From Gemmatimonadota bacterium (lineage in GTDB: Bacteria; Gemmatimonadota; Gemmatimonadetes; Gemmatimonadales; GWC2-71-9): a stretch of DNA of 64,000 nt. The translations under genes and the position numbers were made by a program. Location: positions 1-64,000 of the forward strand of contig JBDHDE010000002.1 of assembly GCA_039591655.1 (NCBI GenBank). The letters are read 5' to 3'. The notes beneath the pieces were generated by a model. The model did no database searches. It worked only from the letters and a program-made list of their open reading frames with translations, and had not been told where the DNA came from. Positions 21,990-34,262 of this stretch are shown here, in pieces (position 1 is the stretch's first letter; each line of letters starts with the position of its first letter).

Positions 21990-22613
21990 CTAGGGCGTCG
22001 GCGCCTTGACGAAGCGATAGACGATGGAACGTGCCATGAGCGCGAACATCGGGATCGGGGGATGGAGATACGTGCCGCCCGTTGCTTCCAGCTGGAACCC
22101 GCACATTCCCGCCAGCCGTGTCATGTTCTGGCGCGTCCAGCCGTAGATGTGACCCTGGCGGTCGGGCACGCGGAACAGATTCCACAGGAGCTCCTTGACG
22201 TGGTACGGGTTCGGCACAGAGAGCACGAGCACGCCCTGCGGCCGCAGCACGCGGTGCATCTCGCCCAGTGCGTGGTACGGATTGGGAACGTGCTCCAGCA
22301 CCTCGATACAGAATGCGTAGTCGAACTCGCCGTCGGCGAACGGCAGGCCGTCGGAGATGTCCCCCGTGCGGATGTCGGGCCCGGCGAACTCCGGCGCGAT
22401 CTCGAGCCCCTGGTACTCGACCCCCTCGGGCAGATACCGCTTGAGGCCTCCGTCGCGGGCGCCGATGTCCAGCACGCGCGCCGGCGTGCGAACCCGCGCC
22501 AGCCTGGCGGCCTTGCGGAAGCGCATGCGCTCCTCGCCGGAGTGGCGCCAGCCCGTGCGTTCTCTGTAGAACTGCCGCAGCTCGTCGGACGACGGCGCGA
22601 TTCTCCCGCTCAC
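21990..22613 (-). CDS. class I SAM-dependent methyltransferase
   Basis: VLDIGARDG, LPFADGEFD, EVLEHV, RVLRPQG. Confidence 0.88.
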   Translation of the reverse strand: MSGRIAPSSDELRQFYRERTGWRHSGEERMRFRKAARLARVRTPARVLDIGARDGGLKRYLPEGVEYQGLEIAPEFAGPDIRTGDISDGLPFADGEFDYAFCIEVLEHVPNPYHALGEMHRVLRPQGVLVLSVPNPYHVKELLWNLFRVPDRQGHIYGWTRQNMTRLAGMCGFQLEATGGTYLHPPIPMFALMARSIVYRFVKAPTP

Positions 22614-23263
22614 TGCTCAGCCCTCCCGGCTCTCCCCGGCGCGCCACCCGGCGGGGGGACTTGGACCCGGCTCGCGCCCCAGATCGAGCCACGAGTCCCC
22701 AGAATGATCGCCTCGCCCGTGGAGCCCACCGACGTGACGAAGCCCGTCGGGGAGACCGTCGCGACGGCGGTGTCGTTGGAGGCGAGCACAATGAGCTCGA
22801 GCGGCAGCGCGTTGTCCAGGCTGTCCACCACGGTCACCGTGAGCTGGTAGCTATCCCCGGCGGTGATGGCGGTGTCTTGGGGAAGGAGCTCGATGACGGC
22901 CGGGTGTCGGAACACCCACACCGGGATCTCGAGGGTGTGTCCTCCACCCGAGGCCGTGATCGTCGCCGCACCGGTGGGCCCCACCGACCGCACGGTGCCG
23001 AGCGCCGAGACCGTCACCACCGACTGGTCACTGGATGCGAACCCTATGAGCACACCGGCGATGGGATTGCTCAGGGAATCCAGCGCGCCCACCTGGACGC
23101 GCACGCTGTCACCCCTGGTGAGATAGATGCTGTCGGGAAAGACCTCCAGCGCCGCTACCGGCCTCGGCTCAGTGCTGGAGCCACACCCCGCCGCCGCCAC
23201 ACCCAGCCCGAGCCCAAGGAGGCTCACCACCCCCCGGATGCGCATCACGCCCGGCCTCCGCAT
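22610..23263 (-). CDS. lipoprotein with two bacterial Ig-like (Big_2) domains
   Basis: Lipobox AAGC; repeats FASSDQSVVTVSALG and LASNDTAVATVSPTG; start may be 23245. Confidence 0.78.
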   Translation of the reverse strand: MRRPGVMRIRGVVSLLGLGLGVAAAGCGSSTEPRPVAALEVFPDSIYLTRGDSVRVQVGALDSLSNPIAGVLIGFASSDQSVVTVSALGTVRSVGPTGAATITASGGGHTLEIPVWVFRHPAVIELLPQDTAITAGDSYQLTVTVVDSLDNALPLELIVLASNDTAVATVSPTGFVTSVGSTGEAIILGTRGSIWGASRVQVPPPGGAPGRAGRAEQ

Positions 23264-23284
23264 GGCGAGAACGCTCGGGGTAGC

Positions 23285-24280
23285 CTAGGGCCGGCGCTCG
23301 TCGCGGTCACGCTCCGCATCGGACCGTTCGCGCTTGATCTCCGAGGCGAGTTGCTCCACGGAGCGGCCGACGGCGCGTAGTTCCTCCCGCGCCCCCGCCA
23401 GCATCTCGCCCACGAAGCCGAACCCAAAGAGGGCTATGCCGGAGATGACCAGGACCATCACGAGGTCCAGCAGCGGCCGGAACCCGACCCCGTAGCCGAA
23501 CCGGAGCACGAGGGCGGCGACGCCCACCAGGAATCCCAGCACGAACAGAATCGCGCCGGACACGCCGAAGAACAGCAGCGGCTTGCGGCCGAAGCGCAGC
23601 TGGAACCACACCGAGAGCATGTCCATTAAGCCGACCGGGATACGTCCCAAGCCGAACTTCGACTTCCCGGCACGGCGCGGCAGCAGAGTTACCGGTCTTT
23701 CAGTCACCGTAAAGCCGTCCGTCGCAGCGATCACCACCATGAAGCGGTGCCAGTCGGGGCGGGCGGGAACCGCGCCCATCACCTCCCGCCGATAGGCCTT
23801 CACCGCATTGAGGTCCGTCACGCGGATGCCGAAGAGCAGGCGGCAGAGCCGATTGTACACCCCCGAGACGAACGCCTTCTCGTAGCCACCCTGCTTCGTC
23901 CCGGTCACCATGTCCGCCTCCCCGGTGCGGATCGGCTCGACGAGGCTCGGGATCTCAGCCGGCAGGAACTGAAGGTCCGCCGGATAGAACACGAAGATCT
24001 CACCGCGGGCCACCTCCGCAGCGGACCGCAGCGCATCGGCGATGCCCCTGCGGGAGCGATGCGTCACGACCCGCAGGAAACCGTGCTCCTGCTGCAGCCG
24101 CTCCAGCACTTCCGCCGTTGCGTCCTCGCTCCCGTCGTCCACCACGACGATCTCACAGCGATAGGCGAGGTCCGCGAACGTCTCGCCGCACAACCGCACG
24201 AACTCCGGGAGGTTCTCCGCCTCGTCCTTGGCGGGAACGAGCACACTGACGAGCACCTCGTCGCCGCGGGTCGGGCTCAT
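23285..24280 (-). CDS. GT2 polyprenol-phosphate glycosyltransferase (ArnC/GtrB-like)
   Basis: PAKDE, VDDGSED, ADLQ, HRF, R.AG.SKF, two C-terminal TM helices. Confidence 0.87.
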   Translation of the reverse strand: MSPTRGDEVLVSVLVPAKDEAENLPEFVRLCGETFADLAYRCEIVVVDDGSEDATAEVLERLQQEHGFLRVVTHRSRRGIADALRSAAEVARGEIFVFYPADLQFLPAEIPSLVEPIRTGEADMVTGTKQGGYEKAFVSGVYNRLCRLLFGIRVTDLNAVKAYRREVMGAVPARPDWHRFMVVIAATDGFTVTERPVTLLPRRAGKSKFGLGRIPVGLMDMLSVWFQLRFGRKPLLFFGVSGAILFVLGFLVGVAALVLRFGYGVGFRPLLDLVMVLVISGIALFGFGFVGEMLAGAREELRAVGRSVEQLASEIKRERSDAERDRDERRP

Positions 24281-25719
24281 ACGCGCTTTCTCATTCTGGC
24301 GGGAAGGATCCCCAGCTGCTCGCGGTACTTGGCGACGGTGCGCCGGGCGATCTGGATGCCGCGCTGCTTGAGGGCGTCCACGATGGCCGCGTCCGTGAGC
24401 GGCTTCGACTGGTCCTCGTCGTCAACCAGCTTGCGGATCTGCGCCTTCACCGCGCGGGAGCTCGCGTCCTCTCCGGTCGTCGTGCCGAGGCTCGAGGAGA
24501 AGAAGAACTTGAGGGGAAAGACGCCGCGGGGTGTCTGCACGTACTTCTGGCTCGTGACTCGGCTGACGGTGGACTCGTGCATCTCAAGGACGTCGGCGAC
24601 TTCCCGCAGCGTGAGAGGCCGAAGGCGCTCCACACCCTTCTCGAAGAAGTCCCGCTGCCGGTCCACGATGAAGTGCATCACCTTGAGCATGGTCTGGCGC
24701 CGCTGCTCAATGGCCTGGACGAGCCAGGCGGCGCTGTTGAGCTTCTGCGTGACGAACTCACGATTCTCGCCCACGAACTTCTTCCGGTCGCCGGCAATCT
24801 GCTGGTAGACCTTGGAGATCCGCAGCCGCGGCATGCCGCCGTCGTTGAGGAACACCCGATACTCCTCGTCGATCTTCTCGACGATGAGATCGGGAATGAC
24901 GTACTCCTCTCTCACGGAGGCGAACCGCAGCCCGGGCTTCGGGTCGAGCCGCGCCAGCTCGTCCGCTGCCGCCTGGACATCCTTGGGGTCCACACCGTGG
25001 CGCTTGGCCAGCTCCGTCCAGCGATGGGCAATGAGGTCGTCGAAGGCCTCGTCAACGAGCCGGTAGGTCAGCGTGTCTTCCTCGCCGTCGTTCTCCAGCT
25101 GGAGCAACAGGCACTCCCGCAGGTCACGCGCCCCGATGCCGGCGGGCTCCAGGTGCTGGATGACGGCCAGCATGGCGTCCGCCTCAGGAAGCGCGAACGG
25201 CGCTGCCAGCGCGGGATCGCCGTCCCTTGCGGCACTGGCATCCCGCGATTCGTTGGCACCGGACACGATATCCTCCAGGGAGGCCTGCAGGTAACCGTCG
25301 TCGCCGATGTTGCCGATGAACTCCTCGCTCAGGAACAGCTGGCGCTGATCGAGGTCCAAGAGCTGGAGCTGGTCACGGAGGTGGTCCCCCAGGGAACGGC
25401 TCTCCACCGCCACCGGCTGGTAGAACTCCCGCTCCTCGTACTCTTGGCGGGCTCCACCGACCTGGAACCCGTCGAGGAGGATCTCCTCCCAATCGGCCTC
25501 GTCGGTGCGCTCCTCCGTCGAGTCGGCTTCCTGTTCCTCGACCGCCTCGGGCTCCTCGGGCTCGGAGAGCTCGAGGAAAGGATTGATCTCGAGCTCCTGC
25601 TTGAGGTGCTGTTGCAGGTCCAGGAGCGGCATGTACAGCAGATCCATCGCCTGATACAGGCGAGGGTTCATCCGGAGCTCTTGCTTGAGCACCACGCTCT
25701 GCTGTAACGACGTCTTCAC
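24277..25719 (-). CDS. rpoN: RNA polymerase sigma-54 factor
   Basis: Gln/Leu-rich region I, HESTVSRV, RpoN box ARRTVAKYRE. Confidence 0.97.
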   Translation of the reverse strand: MKTSLQQSVVLKQELRMNPRLYQAMDLLYMPLLDLQQHLKQELEINPFLELSEPEEPEAVEEQEADSTEERTDEADWEEILLDGFQVGGARQEYEEREFYQPVAVESRSLGDHLRDQLQLLDLDQRQLFLSEEFIGNIGDDGYLQASLEDIVSGANESRDASAARDGDPALAAPFALPEADAMLAVIQHLEPAGIGARDLRECLLLQLENDGEEDTLTYRLVDEAFDDLIAHRWTELAKRHGVDPKDVQAAADELARLDPKPGLRFASVREEYVIPDLIVEKIDEEYRVFLNDGGMPRLRISKVYQQIAGDRKKFVGENREFVTQKLNSAAWLVQAIEQRRQTMLKVMHFIVDRQRDFFEKGVERLRPLTLREVADVLEMHESTVSRVTSQKYVQTPRGVFPLKFFFSSSLGTTTGEDASSRAVKAQIRKLVDDEDQSKPLTDAAIVDALKQRGIQIARRTVAKYREQLGILPARMRKRV

Positions 25720-26897
25720 GCCACCGCTCCCAGTCGTTCGCGCAACCGTGCCGTCAGCGTGGGACCGAGGTACATGTCCGCCACTTGGTCGTCGAACACC
25801 AGCTGCCGGACGGTGCCGGACACCTGCACCTTCCCCTCAAACATGATGTACGCCCGATCCACTATGTCCAGGGTCTGCTCGACGTTGTGATCGGTGATCA
25901 GGACGCCGATCCCCCGGCTTCTGAGACCCGCCACGATGGTCTGGATGTCGGCCACAGCGATCGGATCCACGCCGGTGAAGGGCTCGTCCAGCAGCAGGAA
26001 CTTGGGCTCCGTCACGAGGGCGCGGGTGATCTCCAGGCGGCGCCGCTCGCCGCCGGAGAGCTTATAGGCCTTGGCGTCTCGCAGGTGCTTGATGGAGAGA
26101 TCGCCCAACAGCGCCTCCAGGCGACGCTGCCGCGCCTCATCCGAGTAGGGCAGCGTCTCCAAGATGGCCATGACGTTCTGCTCGACCGTGAGCTTTCGGA
26201 AGATCGATGGCTCCTGCGCCAGATACCCGATGCCGAGGCGCGCCCGCTGGTACATGGGGAGCGCGGAGATGTCCTCTCCGTCCAGGTAGATCCGCCCGGC
26301 CTCCGGGCGCACCAACCCCACCATCATGTAGAAGGTCGTCGTCTTGCCGGCACCGTTCGGACCCAGGAGCCCCACGATCTCGCCCTGCTTCACCTCCACG
26401 CGCACCTGATCCACCACCCGGCGGCGGCGGTAGGCCTTAACCAGACCGTCGGCCACCAGCGTGCTGCCCATCGGGATGGCCGCCCCTGTTCCCAATCCCT
26501 CGGCCGCCCGGACCTCCTCGAGGGCCAGCTCCACCAGCTCGGCGCGCGTTTCCTCGACGCGCAAGCCGAGCTCCTGCCACAGCGCCGGCCTGAGGCGGAT
26601 CCGATCGCTGTCCTGCGGCGCCTCCGGTAGCGTATCCAGCACTCCCCCGTCGGTGAGGCGGGGCAACACCGATGCCTCCAGGTGACGCCGCACCTCGTCC
26701 ACCGAGAGCGCTCCAGGCTGCCGCCCGCCCTCTCCCCACTCTATGCGCTGGACCTCGAGGTATTCCTCGCGATAGGCGACCGCGAGTTCCCGGAAACCGA
26801 TGGCGCCCGTCTCATCCGCTCCCCTCAGCAACGCCGCGATCGCCAGCGCCAGGGACGGGTCCCGACCCGCGAGGACGGACTCCAGCGACTTGATCAC
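25716..26897 (-). CDS. lptB: LPS export ABC ATPase LptB with ~140-aa N-terminal extension
   Basis: GPNGAGKTT, YLAQEPSIFRKL, LSGGERRRLEI, LLDEPFTGVDP, ITDHNV; located lptA-lptB-rpoN. Confidence 0.93.
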   Translation of the reverse strand: MIKSLESVLAGRDPSLALAIAALLRGADETGAIGFRELAVAYREEYLEVQRIEWGEGGRQPGALSVDEVRRHLEASVLPRLTDGGVLDTLPEAPQDSDRIRLRPALWQELGLRVEETRAELVELALEEVRAAEGLGTGAAIPMGSTLVADGLVKAYRRRRVVDQVRVEVKQGEIVGLLGPNGAGKTTTFYMMVGLVRPEAGRIYLDGEDISALPMYQRARLGIGYLAQEPSIFRKLTVEQNVMAILETLPYSDEARQRRLEALLGDLSIKHLRDAKAYKLSGGERRRLEITRALVTEPKFLLLDEPFTGVDPIAVADIQTIVAGLRSRGIGVLITDHNVEQTLDIVDRAYIMFEGKVQVSGTVRQLVFDDQVADMYLGPTLTARLRERLGAVA

Positions 26898-28168
26898 GGT
26901 TGCCGCCTCATTGCCGGCTCGAGGTAGACCCCGTCGCCCGCGTCCACCACGTCCACGCGATCGAGCGCCTCGTTTCGGAAGCGCGCCGTGATGCGCCCAC
27001 CCCGAGAGTAGTTGACAGCGGGCTCGCCCGTGCGCTCCGGACTCTCGAAGATGTAATAGAACGCCTGGGCGTGGCCCCGGGACTCCAGCAGCACGAGCAC
27101 CCGCTTACCCGTTTCGGTCGTGTCGAACCGGGCCACCACCGTATCACCCGCCATCCAGTCCGGCTCGGGAGCGAGGGAGTCGGTACGGGAGGTGGCCAGC
27201 GCTGTGCCGAAGCCGGTCACCTCCTGCAGAATCTGACCGGGGGTGTCGATCACCAGCGAGTCTGCCGCAATGGTGTACGACTCGGACATGGCCTGCGACC
27301 GCGTGGCACCGCCCCACACGCTTCCCATCTGGATCAGACCGTTGGCCACATTGAACTCGATGGTGTCACCTACCACGCGCCACTCGGCGGAGGTGGCTCG
27401 CGCCGCCTCCTGGGCCTGCACCCAATTGAGCTCGTCGTCCACCAGGCGAAACGCGATGCGACTCCCGTTGATGGTGTAGGCCGCCGAGTCGCGGCCCGCG
27501 GCTTCGGCGTGACCGATCAGTATTCCCTCACCCGCCCCCATGTCCAGTACCGCACTGTCCCCGCTGGCAGCGAGATCATCCCGATCGATGGTGACGGCGC
27601 CGCCGGCCCACGCCAGGGCCTCCCCCCTCATCCGTACCCGGTCGCCCCGGATGAGGTAGGGGGCGGCGTCCGGATCCTCGGAGGACCGGTACTCGACGAG
27701 GGGCCGTCCCGTGGCGTAGAGCTCCGTTGTGTCTCGGCTGCCGGGGATGGTGCGGTAGTACGTGAGCGTGGGTCCCGTCAGCACCGATCCCTCTGCTCGG
27801 TTCTCCAGGCGTACGTTGCCCCAGGCCTCCAGTCGCTCCAGGCCAGGTGTGTACCGCGCCCGATCGGCGTCCAGCGCCATGGCGGAGTCCCGGAACCGCA
27901 CAGTGCCGACGAAATCCAACCGGTCCAGCTCCGAGTACCAAGCGACGCTGTCGGATTGGATGGTGGTAGGCTCGTCCAGGCACCGGGCATAGACACCACC
28001 CGAGCCGAACTGGTGATACGTCCCCGGCGCCACCTCTACGCTGCGCCCGATCCGGGCGCTGTCCAGCTCCATCCGGCAGGTCGCGGGACCCTGCCCCGCC
28101 GCCCGCTCCGGTCCCAGGCCCAGTAGCCCGGCACAGCCGAGGATCGCGACCGCCATCCTTACCATCAC
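26894..28168 (-). CDS. extended LptA/OstA-like periplasmic protein
   Basis: Signal peptide, repeated beta-jellyroll-type motifs (IQSDS, LDADR, ASGDSA, VVGDTI, IAADSL, MAGDTV); lptA position. Confidence 0.75.
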   Translation of the reverse strand: MMVRMAVAILGCAGLLGLGPERAAGQGPATCRMELDSARIGRSVEVAPGTYHQFGSGGVYARCLDEPTTIQSDSVAWYSELDRLDFVGTVRFRDSAMALDADRARYTPGLERLEAWGNVRLENRAEGSVLTGPTLTYYRTIPGSRDTTELYATGRPLVEYRSSEDPDAAPYLIRGDRVRMRGEALAWAGGAVTIDRDDLAASGDSAVLDMGAGEGILIGHAEAAGRDSAAYTINGSRIAFRLVDDELNWVQAQEAARATSAEWRVVGDTIEFNVANGLIQMGSVWGGATRSQAMSESYTIAADSLVIDTPGQILQEVTGFGTALATSRTDSLAPEPDWMAGDTVVARFDTTETGKRVLVLLESRGHAQAFYYIFESPERTGEPAVNYSRGGRITARFRNEALDRVDVVDAGDGVYLEPAMRRQP

Positions 28169-28704
28169 CTCTCCAGATCCACTTCCCCGACCCGCCCCCG
28201 TCGCGGGCGGTCCGTGAACACGTTCCGGAAATCCGGATCCGCGGTGAAGCCGTCTCCCTCCAAGTGCTGCTCTGGGGCATCGAACACGAACTGCTCCGGT
28301 CCCGAGAGCCGATCCGCCGCTTGATCGTAACGGAGGATCGACGTGGTGAGGCGGCGGTCGTCGGGAGTCACCGCTACCACGTCGCCCCGGGCCTCCATGT
28401 TACCGGTACGCCATAGGTAGGTACCCTCCAACGACGTCACGGTGGACGTGACCGCGCCCTCGTCCGAGAAGAACTCCACCGTCACCCCCACCAGCTCGGC
28501 CACCTGGGAGTTCTGATAGAAGTACGCAGTGTCCGCCTCGACCCGGGCCCGCCTGACTCCCTCCACCGTGACCGTGTGGCCCATGCCGAACAGCACCTGG
28601 TCGGCGGTGTCGGGCGCCGCGACGGTGATGGGCGGCTCCCCGGCATCGCAGGCCAGCGCTGCCAGTACCAGCATCCCCCATCCAGCGGTCGTCGCGCTAC
28701 GCAT
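28165..28704 (-). CDS. lptC: LPS export periplasmic protein LptC
   Basis: ADTAYF, MEARGDVV, LTTSILRYD, LEGDGF; lipobox-like ALAC; position upstream of lptA/lptB. Confidence 0.8.
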   Translation of the reverse strand: MRSATTAGWGMLVLAALACDAGEPPITVAAPDTADQVLFGMGHTVTVEGVRRARVEADTAYFYQNSQVAELVGVTVEFFSDEGAVTSTVTSLEGTYLWRTGNMEARGDVVAVTPDDRRLTTSILRYDQAADRLSGPEQFVFDAPEQHLEGDGFTADPDFRNVFTDRPRRGRVGEVDLER

Positions 28705-28740
28705 CCTCGCCTCGCTGCCGGAGGTAGGGGGCCACCACGA

Positions 28741-29568
28741 TCAGCTGCTCGACCACGGCACCCCTCCCCGCTCCCTGGCCGCGTGCCACACGGCAAGGGC
28801 CCGTTCCACGAGCTCCTCAAGGTCGGCCAGCGGCCACATGGTCGCACCGTCGCTGGGGGCCGCCCCAGGCTCGGGATGGGTCTCCAGGAAGAAGCCGTCG
28901 GCACCGGCGCCCGCGGCCGCCAGCAGGAGAGCCGGCACGTGCTCCCGGGCGCCCCCGCTCGAACCGCCGACGCCGCGCCCCGGTTGCTGGACGGCATGGG
29001 TGGCATCGAACACCACGGCGGCACCGGTAGCCGCCCTGAGCCGGGCGAAGGAGCGCATGTCCACGACCAGGTCACCATAGCCGAAGAACGTGCCCCGCTC
29101 CGTGACGGCTATCGCAGACTCGCCACCGCTTCTGACCTTGTCGGCCGCCCCGCCCATGGCTTCCGGGGTCATCCACTGGCCCTTCTTGATGTTGACCGGC
29201 CGGCCGCTGCGACCCGCGGCTTCGAGCAGATCGGTCTGGCGGCACAGGAAAGCAGGGATCTGCAACGCATCCGCCACGCCGGCGACGGCCTCCACCTGCC
29301 ACGCCTCGTGCACGTCGGTCAACACGGGGAGCCCCCCTTCCTCCCGCACACGGCGCAGGGCCTCCAGCCCCCGCTCCATCCCGGGCCCCCGGGGCGCACG
29401 CGCCCCAGCCCGGTTCGCCTTGTCGAAGCTCGCCTTGTAGATGACGCGAAGGCCGAGCTTGCTGGAAAGCTCGGCCAGGCGGGCGGCGATGGCGAGATTG
29501 ACGGCGTCACTCTCCACGACGCACGGACCTGCGATGAGGATCGGCGCCGGTGCCCAGAGGCTCGTCAT
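28741..29568 (-). CDS. kdsA: KDO 8-phosphate synthase
   Basis: IAGPCVVE, KASFDKANR, QIPAFLCRQTDLL, NIKKGQ, FDATHAVQQPG; ATG 29568. Confidence 0.95.
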   Translation of the reverse strand: MTSLWAPAPILIAGPCVVESDAVNLAIAARLAELSSKLGLRVIYKASFDKANRAGARAPRGPGMERGLEALRRVREEGGLPVLTDVHEAWQVEAVAGVADALQIPAFLCRQTDLLEAAGRSGRPVNIKKGQWMTPEAMGGAADKVRSGGESAIAVTERGTFFGYGDLVVDMRSFARLRAATGAAVVFDATHAVQQPGRGVGGSSGGAREHVPALLLAAAGAGADGFFLETHPEPGAAPSDGATMWPLADLEELVERALAVWHAARERGGVPWSSS

Positions 29569-29569
29569 G

Positions 29570-31956
<2,387 letters not shown>

Positions 31957-31961
31957 AGCGA

Positions 31962-31991
31962 AAGGTAACACCCCGCGGGGGGCGCTGTCAA
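31962..31991 (-). promoter_or_regulatory. sigma70 promoter for kdsB-pyrG-kdsA-lpt operon
   Basis: TTGACA (31991-31986), 18 bp, TGn-TACCTT (31967-31962). Confidence 0.65.
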
Positions 31992-32083
31992 AAGTCATGC
32001 CAGAGCAACCCGCACCGTCTGGGTCGCGCCTAACCGATTGAACGATAGATAGATAGCTGGGATGCGCCGGACGGACGCGGGGC

Positions 32084-32697
<614 letters not shown>

Positions 32698-32698
<1 letters not shown>

Positions 32699-33615
32699 CA
32701 GGCTCGGGGGTGGTAGGTCTTGTGCACCGTCCGCAGATAGTCCCGGTCGACGTGCGTGTAGATCTGAGTCGTGGAAAGATCGGCGTGGCCCAGCATCTCC
32801 TGCACGGCCCGGAGGTCAGCGCCACCCTCGAGGAGATGGGTGGCGAACGTGTGGCGCAGGGTGTGCGGCGTGACCCGCTTGTCGAGGCCCGCGCGATCGG
32901 CACAGCGCTTGATGATGCCCCAGGCTCCCACCCGGGTGAGGGGACGGCCCCGGGCGTTGAGAAACAGCCTTCCGTCGGTCTCCCCCCGATCGAGGTTCGG
33001 CCGGATCTCCCGGGCGTAGACGGCGACCGCCCCGAGGGCCCGGCGCCCGATGGGGACGAGCCGCTCCTTGGACCCCTTGCCCAGCACCCGCACCAGGGCG
33101 TCGTCGTACCACACGTCTACCACCCCCAGGGACACCAACTCAGAGACACGGGCCCCCGTGGCATAGGCTACTTCCAGCAGGGCCCGGTCGCGCCATGCCA
33201 GGCGCTCGTCCGGGCTCGGTGCCGCGAGCAGGCTCTCCACCTCGTCGTGGGTGAGCACCTCGGGGAGCCGGTGCCACGCCTTGGGCAGCTCGAGTCTCTC
33301 GCTGGGATCCCGGGTCGCGTGCCCTTCGGCGACGAGGAACCGGAAGTAGGTGCGCAGCGTGGAGATCTGCCGCCGAATGCTGGAGGGTGCCAGCCCCAGG
33401 TCCTTCAGGTGATACACGAAGTCCCGCAGCAGCCGCGGTGTGACGGCGTGCGGCTCACGCGCGCCGCGGGCCGTGCCGAACTCCGCCAGGCGTCGCAGGT
33501 CCCGGGTATAGCCCTCCACCGTGTGCGGGCTGCTCCCCGCCTCCAACGCGAGGTAGTCCTGAAACCCCTCGACCCAGAAGGCACGGTCGATCTCCGCCTG
33601 CACGCCGGTGATCAC
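32698..33615 (-). CDS. xerD: tyrosine recombinase XerD
   Basis: [65 protein letters not shown] end. Confidence 0.92.
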
Positions 33616-33616
33616 A

Positions 33617-34261
33617 TCACTCCCGCTTATCGGGGGTGCGATGTTCCTGCGTGTGCCAGTGGCGCCGGCCGACGGTGATCACCCACACCAGGAACGCTAC
33701 GAACAGCACCGCCAGCCCGAGGATGCCCCAGTTGAAACCCGCTAGAATCCGGGCCACGTCATCGATCTGCCCGGCCAGACGGGCGACCACGATCACCAGG
33801 GCCCCGTACCACAGGGCCGACGCCACCGCCAGCGGAACGAGCGCACGCCACGTGCCGAGGTGAGCGATCCCCGCGAACGCGGGCACCACCACCCGCACAC
33901 CCGGCACGAACCGGCTCAGGAAGATCCCGCGGCTCCCGTAGCGCTGGTACAAGCGCTCCATGCGACGCAGGCGCCTGGGCTTGAGCAGCCGTTGCCCGAG
34001 GCGCCCGGTGAAGAACTGGCGCCCCAGCGAGCGGGCGGCAAGATACACCGCTACCGCCCCGCCCACGTTCGCCGTCCAGGTAATCCCGAACACGGCCGCC
34101 GCGGAGACAGTGCCGCGCTGCGACAGGTATGCCCCCAGGGCGGCAGCCGTATCCGCCGGGACCGGCGGGAAGACGTTCTCCACGGCGGCGAGCCCCCCGA
34201 CCGCCACGTACACCACCCAGTCGGGAAGGTGGAGCAGTCGCTCTACGAGGGCGTCGAACAG
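33617..34261 (-). CDS. DedA family membrane protein (probable CTG start)
   Basis: ENVFPPVPAD, SRFVPGVR; GGAGG 8 nt before CTG at 34261. Confidence 0.8.
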   Translation of the reverse strand: MFDALVERLLHLPDWVVYVAVGGLAAVENVFPPVPADTAAALGAYLSQRGTVSAAAVFGITWTANVGGAVAVYLAARSLGRQFFTGRLGQRLLKPRRLRRMERLYQRYGSRGIFLSRFVPGVRVVVPAFAGIAHLGTWRALVPLAVASALWYGALVIVVARLAGQIDDVARILAGFNWGILGLAVLFVAFLVWVITVGRRHWHTQEHRTPDKRE

Positions 34262-34262
34262 A

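Noticed and set aside
32043..32055. GATA tandem repeat, and the GATAGGGGATAAGAGGATAG tract at 34751-34770
   Set aside because: Too short for a functional call; likely low-complexity or promoter-region sequence
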